A stretch of 63,568 nt of DNA, filler included, from Choristocarpus tenellus KU-1152 (lineage: Eukaryota > Protista > Phaeophyceae), in the NCBI GenBank assembly GCA_964200185.2. It is 11 parts of 11 records of this genome, joined end to end, with 100 filler letters (N's around TTAATTAATTAA, not from the genome) between each part and the next. Parts side by side here need not be neighbours in the genome. Positions count along the whole stretch, not along the records: positions 44,680 to 58,418 come from CAXNAD020001385.1; positions 58,519 to 63,568 come from CAXNAD020012042.1; 9 more parts are not named here. The stretch is one strand, 5' to 3'. Below are positions 54,401 through 63,568 of this stretch, piece after piece. How positions within the stretch are numbered: position 1 is the stretch's first letter; each line of letters begins with the position of its first letter. A program made the translations under genes and the position numbers. The notes under the pieces are model-generated. The model was not told the origin of the DNA. It made no database searches and saw nothing but the letters and a program-made list of their open reading frames with translations.

Positions 54401-55686
54401 GATTTTATGTTGGTGCAGTAGGTTTGGTTGATGGGGATGTTGATTTAGTGAGGGGTCTTACATACAGTGAAGCTATTATGTGGGAATGCCTTTGATGTGG
54501 ACGGGGCAGAGAGGTCTTTTGTATGTTTTTTGCACTTTTTGTGTCTAGGGTTAGGGTTAGGGTTACGGTGTTTGTTGCTGCTTGGGAGATTTACAGGGAT
54601 GAAACAAGAAAATTGAAGTGTTATTTATTGATAGTTTGGTCTCTGAGATATTCATCCATCTGTGTGCACTGTCTCAATGTTGACACTGCTAATACTTCCT
54701 TGCTAACATGTCTGATGTACCAACCTTTTTTTATTGTTTTCCAAATTTGAGGCGCATGGACCTCTATGAGCAGTGCATGCAATCACGCGCAGATCTTTCA
54801 TAGATAGTAGTGGATCCAGGCATGATGCAACCATCTCTATGTGCCCCTGATTTTGTTCTGGCAAGTCTTCACTCGTCCTGTTTGATTGATAGTGATGACC
54901 TCTGTTTGATTGATAGTAATGACCTCTGTTTAATTGATAGTGACGACCTCTGTTGGATGGATAGTGATGACCTCTGTTTGATTGATAGCGACCTCTATTG
55001 TCAACTGCTTTTACAGGTCGGGCATTCCTGACTGGGCACGGGGCCAGGCACTGGCTAAGATTCTTGACAAGCAGTACGGGGGGCCCAATCCTATTAACCC
55101 AGACCTGATCTTCCCAGAGTTTTTCACGTGTGACCTGGAACGCATCTTCCAAACTAAGAAGTCCAAATGGGACAGAAGTAGCAGGTGAGCCCTTTGTACT
55201 CCCTACTGCTACCTCAACCAGAATATTGACTTGTTTGTATTGTAGTAGTATGTATGTGATGTAGAGAGCTTTGAGGGGATGTTTGAGGGGATGCGCATTG
55301 GGCACTCGTGTGTGTGTGTGTGATTTTTTTTTCTGCCCCTGATTGCCATTTTCGTTTTATGTCAATTTTTCATTTTAATGCATTGTATCACCCCACATAT
55401 TGGATCATGTTTCATGTTGATACCAGGCAAGAAATTGATTGAGCAGAGAGTTTGGGTTGATACCTGATGTGCAGCAAATGTTTTAAATGTATTGAGTTGT
55501 GTGCTCCACTCTGAACTTTTTCTTTACCCGATTGTATCTCCATCAACATGAAATGGTTGTCACTGTGATCATCACTTGTGTCATTCCTACAGTGGTAATT
55601 GGCAAAGGGACCGCCTCACCATTGCCGAGAAATTGGCATACGCTAGGGCCATGGGGTTTGACTACAACCCCTCCACCAAGAAGTGA
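45429..55686 (+). CDS. INCENP: INCENP (inner centromere protein) homologue, complete, 10 exons, 1318 aa, with extra SAP domain
   Basis: Hand-spliced GT-AG exons 45429-45743, 45879-46059, 46230-46636, 47242-47852, 48151-48491, 49341-50814, 52947-53222, 54077-54166, 55017-55184, 55593-55686. Total 3957 nt, all phases consistent, ATG to TGA. N-terminal helix ELVWLRERL resembles the INCENP N-terminal DLVWLEEI motif. Long E/A/K/R-rich single-alpha-helix region in exon 6. C-terminal IN-box IPDWARGQALAKILDKQY...INPDLIFPEFFTCDLERIF...RSSSGNWQRDRLT. Confidence 0.9.
50901..51048. repeat. 10-bp tandem repeat (GTGATTGTAT/GTGATAGTAT)
   Basis: About 14 units in INCENP intron 6. Confidence 0.9.
54878..54996. 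repeat. 24-bp minisatellite x5 in INCENP intron 8
   Basis: TGTTTGATTGATAGTGATGACCTC units, ending about 20 nt before the acceptor of the IN-box exon. Confidence 0.9.
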
Positions 55687-58600
55687 TTGTATGGGGTATT
55701 ATGGTAGGGTCCAGGTGTGGTGGTGTTGGGAGGAAAGGGTTGAAGCTGTGGAAGGGGACGAGAAGGTAAGAGATGGAACAGACACCCTCTCTTGTCTATG
55801 GTAAACAGTTTTCATGCTTTAGTTTATAGCTATTGCTTGCCTTTGAAGCTTGTTTATGAGCCAGAGTATGAAGGGGGGGAGTGAGGAGAGAGTTCCTAAG
55901 AGTGGCAATACAACAGTCATGCCACACAATGATGTGGAGAACCAAGAGTTGCAATGGAGGATGTGTTTTCCATGTTTCAGGCTTGGTTTGGTGGTGAGAT
56001 GGCTGTCCTTCAATGGAATCGACGACGCTCTGATTGGAATCAGAGGATGGAGGAGGGGGTGTATCGGCGTGTATTTTGTGTTTGTGCTGTTTCTTTTGTT
56101 CAGTGCATGTATTTTCCAATGCGAGGACAGGTTGTGTGTGACCAAGTGGTTGCCCATCGAATGTACAGTGTGGGAAGGAAGGTCATTAACTGGCAGCAGG
56201 GCCGACCGAATCCCTCCTTGTTTTTTGTGTGTACCATAACTCATGCTCTCCTGGTATGGGGGTGAATCGGAGGCATGGAGGAGAGGTAGGATAGATGCCG
56301 GTTGAGGGTTGTGTGATTGCTGCTGCCAGGATATGTTAGTCATGAGGGCAGTGTTACTGGGTGACAGATATGGACAACATGTGGGCAAGGGTTTCATGAC
56401 TATATATATCACTGTGCAAGTAGTTTCGAAATGACGAAGCGCTTGCTGCTTTTGGGTATGATGTGCATGTAGCGACCCCTTTGGAGTGTATGCACAGAAT
56501 AAACTTTGCTACTTGTACTGTATTATATTGTGGTATTGTGGTACATACTGTAGTGAAATGAAATGCGCTAGGTTTCAGGTTAGCATCATGCTTGGCTGAG
56601 CGAATTATGCCTGATTCTGTAATTCACGAATCAGAGGGGCTGCTTTACTGCAGAACATGAGTTAACCGGATACTCAGTCCACTTTTGGATTGATGATGGT
56701 TCTCGATACTACTGGCTGTTATTTTTTTCAGCAGGAAGCGCATGAACTGCTGAGAAATGAAACTTGAGCTTGGGTTGGTATCCCCCTCTTTCCTGCTCTA
56801 CTTGACAACTGTACGAGATAACAAACATTTCTCAAATGAAGATGTTGAATCGTCCTCTGGAAGTAGCAGCTACCTAATAACATACATCGCACAGTAGTTC
56901 CTTGTTTTTTTGTGAGTAGGTTAGGCCTTTTGTCCCCAGAGGTTGGTTACCCAATAAGCTTACTCATTTGAAATCACTGTATCAAATACACCTTGATCGG
57001 CACCAATCATCCCATGGACATTCCATGATACTCACCCAGTCCTCCAGTGGCGATTCCTCAGTTCTCAAAAAACCAGAGAAACAACAGGAGACAGGGGAGG
57101 ACACACAAAACCAATATAATAACATAAGTAATAGCTCTTTTCTGGGACCCCACAAGCCAGCAGGTAAGTGGATTGGGAAGGTACACTTGTCCTGTACCAT
57201 ATTATATTGCACTAAACCCCAATAAGGTACATTTTGAAAAGATTGGATTGTGGTGGAGAAGATTTTCCTTGCGAACAGGGAGAGAGAGTAACCACCGGAT
57301 TTGAAGGAGGTAGGTGGAATGAAAAGTGGTGGAATGGCTGAATCCAATGGACAAGAAAATATCAAGGCACGCATGGGGCAGTTGATTAGTTGTAGTGCAA
57401 GATACACTCATAGGGTAGAAGAAATAGTGTAGTGTATGCTGGCTAGGTTAGTCGGAGGTAGTGGAGAACAAGTTCCCAGACATTTGGTCCAAGCAAGCAA
57501 AGAAACACCCTCCAGATTGCTCATACCACGTGCATGTATGTACCAGAAAAAGCAGCGAGTCACAGAGACCCCTTACACTCAACCGCAGCCCTGCCTTCTG
57601 CAGGAGATGATAAAGGCTCAATCAATCTCTTGATATGTGAAGAATGTAGCCCCCTCTAAGCCGTAACATCTAATTCTACGATTAGTAGACCATTTTGCCA
57701 CTCATCATTATTATTGCTACTTTATTTTTTCGTCACACCTACCTTTCATCATATTCTGATGGCATCCCAGTCCAACACTGTCAATTCTTTGGAGACATGC
57801 ACTCACATCCCCGGTATATTATATCATTTCTGCTATGGTACTATAGACATGTTACTGTATGGGTAACTAGCGTCCTTGTCCTTTAATAGCTAATAGGCTC
57901 TCTGTGCTAGTGTGTCAGCAACAGCCATCCTTACTCTCGTTATTAGGAGTCATATCTATGGATGACTGCTTTCCCCTCTGCACTTGGCTCCGCTCAACAC
58001 AGGTCAACCTACATTTCGAGGTGTCTCTACTCCTCCCTGTTCAGCTGTTCTTGACGATCTGTTGTCCCACACTAGTAGTTATATCATTATGTATTAGCTT
58101 GCATCAGAGTTGAGAAGAGAGGGAGACATTATCACCAGATGGAGTACACCAAACATTACAGCAAAACTCAGTAAAACCAAGACACTCGATAGTTCTCAAG
58201 AACGCTTCAGGAACACTCCTACTCTAACATTCCGTGGGAACTTTGTCCGATCAAGTACCCCATACAAATATCCCAAATGTCCTGCAACATTGTGTGCACA
58301 TATATCAGTATGAGTTCAAATCTTATGTTATTCTCACAAAGGGACAAGTATAATCTTGACACACTCCCCTGCACTGACCATGCAGTGAGAATCAAATGAC
58401 CCAAAGTATCTGGGGGGGNNNNNNNNNNNNNNNNNNNNNNNNNNNNNNNNNNNNNNNNNNNNTTAATTAATTAANNNNNNNNNNNNNNNNNNNNNNNNNN
58501 NNNNNNNNNNNNNNNNNNACACCAAGCAATCTCGCCAGGTTTATCACCTTTATGTTCTTTGATGATTTTGGGGATACTTTAACACACAGCTCCCCCCTGT

Positions 58601-60120
58601 GCCATTCCCCTTGGTGCTACCGGAGTACTGTGGCTGTAGAGAGTAGGGCTCCTCCTAATTTTACCTCAGGAAAGATCACACAACCCCCCTTTGCGTTTCT
58701 CCCTCTGGTGCTGCACTACAACTGTCGCTGCTCAGAGGCACACTTTCTCCTCCTCTTCCGCAGCCACAGTCCCGAAAGATTTCCCCAGACGCAATCCTCT
58801 TACTGTGCCTTACTGTCAGGAGCTGCTGGAGCACAGTGCTACCTGAAGGAGCTTCCTCTCCCCTTTCCCTCCCACCATATAATTCCTGTTACCCAACACA
58901 GTCTTGACCCTCTAGAGTCCCATCCCCACTATATAGAAACTTGGCAGTAGTCCGCTTTGGTTGTTGCTGTAAGTGAGACACAGGACTTGACACGATTATT
59001 GCTCATAAGCACAGCCATAACAGGTTCATCTAGGTGCATGTATAATCCTGATAATCTGTAAAGAAGTGATTGCTGTGCGAGATGCGGGGACCAAATACAC
59101 AAAGAGGATGTCGTGGCAAGTGATACTGAGGGAAAAAAAGGAATAGTGTATTTGCCCCACGTAAGTCTGGGGCACATTCGATTGAAAAGATTCAGGCTGA
59201 GGGTTCGTTATTCTTCGTACCATTCTCTACAAGTCTATGTCACGAGTGACCTCATCGCACTGGGAATAATGGGCACGGACAGAGAGACAAACAGTACTAG
59301 ACTACTAAGAAATATAGACCGCCAAGGGTACAGAGTGTAGAAATCGAGCGGGTATTAAAACCTAGGATTGAATGAATTGTTGTCTTGTACGGTGGCAGGT
59401 TGGTTGTGATGAAGGGATGTCATGGTGCAACGAAGCATCGGTGAATTCTGACTGATGAACCTAGTAATATGCTTTGCAAAGTCAGAGGTTATTTGATGTG
59501 GTGATGTTGGGTATTATTTGGTGCATCCAAAGGAAGAGATCCATGATCTGTGTCTGTGTAGAGGGTTATCACCTTGTGAAAAGAGTTTCGTGGATGTTTT
59601 AACCCTGACTATATGGCATCCAGTTTTGTGTGTCAGGTACAGTCAGTGCAGAGTGAATTCGAGGTCTTCAGTGTCGGTTGTGACGTGAAGAAAAAACAAA
59701 CAAAGAAACAAACTTGAATCAATATGTGAGACAACTCATATGGCACACACTAACTTGCATGTTTGAAAGATGTCGATTGTTCCATACTTCCAATGCACCA
59801 TGGGGTCATAACTGTAATTGATGATGCTATGATGAGGTGCTAATGACGGAAATATGAGTAACGACCAGTAGTACCAATGACGTGCGAATCAACAGTCAGT
59901 ATACACTACTGGTAATACTGTGTCGTATCAATTACATAAATGATGAGTACCCTATGTTCTAAGAGTGTAGAAATTGAGTCGGATCTGCCACAGGTACCTA
60001 CCTACCTACCCTACCCTCCACAACGGTGTTGAGGTATGTGGTGTGGTTATAGGAAAAAATAAATGTAGGTCAACCAAAGCAACTACTACCATCCTTGCTG
60101 TCTTACAGTTACTATTACAC

Positions 60121-60200
60121 CTACTTCTAGTACTACTTCTAGTACTACTTCTAGTACTACTTCTAGTACTACTTCTAGTACTACTTCTAGTACTGCTAGT
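60121..60200. repeat. 12-bp tandem repeat (CTACTTCTAGTA)n
   Basis: About 6 units. Produces the spurious LLLV-rich ORF 59974-60345. Confidence 0.9.
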
Positions 60201-61145
60201 GGTACTGTATTACTGTAGTAGTAGTACTAACAGACCGGTTAGTAGTCTACAAAACAAAGAAAACAATTTTTATGTTGAACATATGGAAGTTACTATCAGA
60301 ATGGAGAATCCAGTCGGAGAACCAACTTCTATACAAAAACAATAGTATTTGGAAAGAAAATGGTATACATAAAATACATGCGTGGTTGAAGTCCTCCCGC
60401 TTCTCTGTTACAACCCAAAAAAGGAGATACAGAGGATGAACATGGAAGGCGTTGCAGCGGAGAATCAAGGTGGATGAAAGATGTGAAGTCCATACCTATC
60501 GCCCATCCATCTGTACATATGACATGACATATGACCCATGCTAAACTGTTTTTTTGGAGTTGAGAGTTACTTGGCCGACTTTAGATCAGGGAAGCTATAT
60601 ATTTAGGAAATACGGAGTGGTGGTCATGGGAATGATTCCTCTTATTGAACGACCTAGGGCCTATGCTCGTGTGTGTGAGTATATTTTTGTTGATATATAA
60701 AACGATGGACTGAGGACAAGTTGGTGTCATTTTCCAGAATTAATGCTGTTCATTTTTTGTCTGGCTCTCGGGGTACGGTTGGGATGGCAAGATTTAGCTA
60801 TTATACATCTAAACTTGGCTTGGCGATCCAGTCCGATCTTGAAGTAGGCCAGTCGAGATAGAGTTCCCGAAGTTTGAAATGGGAACTGTGGTGCAAGTTG
60901 AACGACCACTTGCTTGGTATTCAATGCATCCTGTTGTTTACCTGTAGTTCCTACCACTCTACTCCAGTGTATCCGGTTTTGTAGGTCGTTTAGATAATGT
61001 CGTGATAGCATAAGTCTCACCCCTGATCAGAGAGTACCCACACGACTTCTCTCAGCACCATAGATATTAACTCCACCCTAATAAAGGTAAGCCCTCCCCA
61101 ACCTTTTCTCTTGTCTTAATGTGTGGTCCCGTGTCCTCCGCACAG

Positions 61146-62550
61146 GTTGTATTGGGTTGGCATGTGCTTTTTCTTTTCTAGTATTCCTCCTCATTGGGGC
61201 CACCGCTCCCGAGGTGCTGAAAGCTAAGGAGGCAGGAGAGTCTAACTCCATCATCTCCGACTCCACCGTCAACTATGCCTTCTCTATCGAAACGGAGAAG
61301 CAGAATCAAGCGTTCTGGATTGAAATGCGGATTTCAACAGGAAATGGCGACGAGAACGAGGACAAGGAAACTATTGTGGACGTCGAGCTGGACATGAAGT
61401 TGTCAGTGCACCCCACCTCTGCCGATTCTGTCATCCTTGTGGATGGTGAAGAGTTCACCAAAATTTCCCGTTGTGATTTGTCGGAAAGATGGTGTGAATA
61501 CTTTCAGCTGTGGTCGAGCGATCAGATCGATTATAGTGGCTACGCGTTTAATCTTGTCATCCAAGAGCCAGAGGAGTTTGCGGACATGGAGCTGACTGAT
61601 ACCAGCGAGCCCCCGTTCGATATTAGTGCCAAGGTTATCTATGTCAATCCTGCTTTCACTCGCTTTGCGCTGGGTTGGAAGTACGCGTTCCTGATACTGA
61701 CGTACTTTGTCATGTTCTGGCCAGGAGCGTTTTGTGGCTTGGGTGGACTGTGCATGGGAAGCCAGGGTTTTGTTATCAACTTTTTGAAAACGAGGCATTG
61801 CACAGATGATGTGAATTTCAACTTCCACAGGCGTTGGACCTTGGCACTACTGGTTGGACTGTTTTTCTTCGACGACCCTTTTGTTTGGGGTGCTGTTTTT
61901 GACGACAACGCAGCAGGGTTCTCAGGGTTCTTCCTCTTCTGTTCAGTGTTGTTCATGTTTCTCCTACTACTTTACTGGCTCTGCCTCTTCAGCAACTTGC
62001 GATTCATGGAGCAGCAGGGAACTGCAGTAGAAACAAACAAAAAAGCTCTCTCATACTGGGCTCCCAAGGTAAGTCAAAGAGGAAGTGGGTTCTGATCCAT
62101 TACAAAACCGGTCTGTGACCGTGAAATATGTAGGCAAGGGAGATTGGTTGCTACATTTGCAACCCTGTGTTGTGCGTTTGTTGATGAAGACTTCGGCCTT
62201 CACCTTTGGAGGCATGATACCCCATTGGTAGCTGTGATGCATCCTGTTGCACCTTACCAGTCCTTGACTTGCCCCCGTGTTGTGTTCGATTATTGGTGGG
62301 TGTGTTACCAATATCACCCTCAACTGGTTCTGTAGTTTGTGAACCAATTCATTTCTGCAACACCATGGTAGACACCCCTCGACGTACAATCCCTTCCCCT
62401 CCCCTCTTCACCACCCTGCACAGCTCCTGCTCTGCTTCTGCATTGCCGTCACTGCCTTGGACAGCTACTTCTTCTACCGATTCGATGATAGCACAAACTT
62501 TGAATACACTGGGATCAATGACAACAAGGATCACTCCCACTTGACCACAG
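61146..62550 (+). CDS. TMEM181: TMEM181/GPR178-like (Wntless-related) multi-pass membrane protein, partial
   Basis: Exon 61146-62068 (cag|GT...AAG|gtaagt) and exon 62424-62550. N-terminal TM, luminal loop, then YVNPAFTRFALGWKYAF, RWTLALLVGLFFFDDPF, LLLLYWLCLFSNLR and YWAPK, in the order seen in TMEM181. First exon and 3' exons not identified. Confidence 0.7.
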
Positions 62551-63568
62551 GTGAATATCCTCTGTTCCGTTTTTTAAAAAATATTCTACTGTATGCGTCA
62601 CTCACCAAATGTTTTCTTCTAGGGAGATACGTCAAACTACCACAATAACATTGATAACAATAATATTGATCAATGAGGTGGTTACACCAGTTGTGTGATG
62701 TACCCATCCTGTACTTGTATAGAGTACATGCAGTGGTTGTTGGTACAAGAAATGGTATGATTTTGGACCTTCAGGAGTAATGTGTAGATGCAATGATGAG
62801 ACGATGAAACACCTAGGGGATTTTTTTGCAAACCAGAATGGAGTGTGTGGGTGTATGGTGCGTGGTGTTATGATTTTAATGTATTACAAGTGCATTCTTG
62901 AAGCTTGGGTAAAATTGATAATGAGGAGACACCGAATGTTTTGCAGAGCTCAACAGATAGCTCCTTATAGCAGCTTTGTAGCAAGTTTTGCCTGGTAAAT
63001 TCTCAACCAAAGAAGATTAGTGAATAATATTTGGTGCTATAGAATACTTTGTAGCAGAAAAGCGGACATACAAATGACATATAAATGCCGTACACCTGTG
63101 ATTGGCTGAACTGTCTTAGGTTTAAGTCTTAGTCGAGGCATATTTTTGTTGGTTGCCTGATTTTTTTTTATGTGGACATCTGCATCTTGGTACCACTGCT
63201 TGCATATGAATATATGGGTACTACAGAATGACCCTGCAGTATGAAAAGACAAAATAGGGTCCTAGTTCCTAGCAGTGGTAATGTAATGTAATATATTGCT
63301 CTCATTCCTCAAGGGAAAAAAATACAAAATAGGGTTAGGACCTGTGCGAGAAGCATCCCCCAAATTAGAAAAGAGCTTTCAAATCCGTTTCTATCAAGAA
63401 CAGTGTGTAACTGTAATTACTTTTTGTTTTGTGTTGGCATCTTGTCATCTGAAGAGTAAAAGACAACAGTAACAGAGCCAGTGCAAACCTTGACCACAGT
63501 GCATGCTTAACCCCCCCCCTCCCCCTTACCTCCCTCCACGACCCTGCCACCCCAGCACTCTTGGGAAC

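Noticed and set aside
54703-55305. 200-aa minus ORF with NRGHHYQS repeats
   Set aside because: Antisense reading of the 24-bp intronic minisatellite and the INCENP IN-box exon.
56450-56720. Possible snRNA or tRNA-derived element downstream of INCENP
   Set aside because: No recognisable Sm site, conserved snRNA motif or tRNA A/B boxes.
2615-58518. Recurring TTAATTAATTAA palindrome flanked by Ns
   Set aside because: Identical 100-nt artificial linker with six-frame stops. It is not biological, and gene neighbourhood across it is meaningless.
59113-59340. Penelope-like linker (GIVYLPHV...RLRVRYSS)
   Set aside because: One short motif echo with no recognisable RT or GIY-YIG nearby.
59974-60345. 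Leu/Val-rich 'membrane protein' ORF
   Set aside because: Produced by the 12-bp tandem repeat.
61021-61090. Candidate first exon of TMEM181 ending at AAAG|GTAAGC
   Set aside because: The required phase-1 frame has a TAA just upstream and no ATG, so the start is left undetermined.

Overview
Eukaryotic, repeat-rich nuclear DNA, not a prokaryotic locus. The window joins 11 unlinked short contigs with artificial 100-nt spacers (N-run + TTAATTAATTAA + N-run): 1-2614, 2715-7145, 7246-11663, 11764-15162, 15263-17989, 18090-25945, 26046-28719, 28820-35834, 35935-44579, 44680-58418 and 58519-63568. GT-AG introns, TTAGGG-type repeats and a ciliary GTPase fit a flagellate-producing lineage; a brown alga/stramenopile is my inference only. 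Host genes reconstructed by hand: a complete 10-exon INCENP homologue with an extra SAP domain (45429-55686 +), the 5' part of an ARL13-family GTPase with two N-terminal Dpy-30/RIIa-like motifs (29710-31730 -), two eIF4G exons missed by the ORF track (27291-28719 +), a TMEM181-like membrane protein (61146-62550 +) and a TPR-like gene fragment (8312-11439 -). The rest is mostly transposon debris: Ty3/gypsy, Ty1/copia, DD39D-related mariner, non-LTR RT remnants and possible hAT/KDZ remnants. About 20 copies or ends of a group of non-autonomous TIR elements are present, with G(N)4AAAGTATCT-type ends and 4-bp unspecific TSDs (Sola2-like by inference). I found no convincing novel multi-gene system. 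The best leads are the INCENP-SAP fusion, the D/D-ARL13 fusion and the MITE group. All family assignments come from motif recognition, not database searches.
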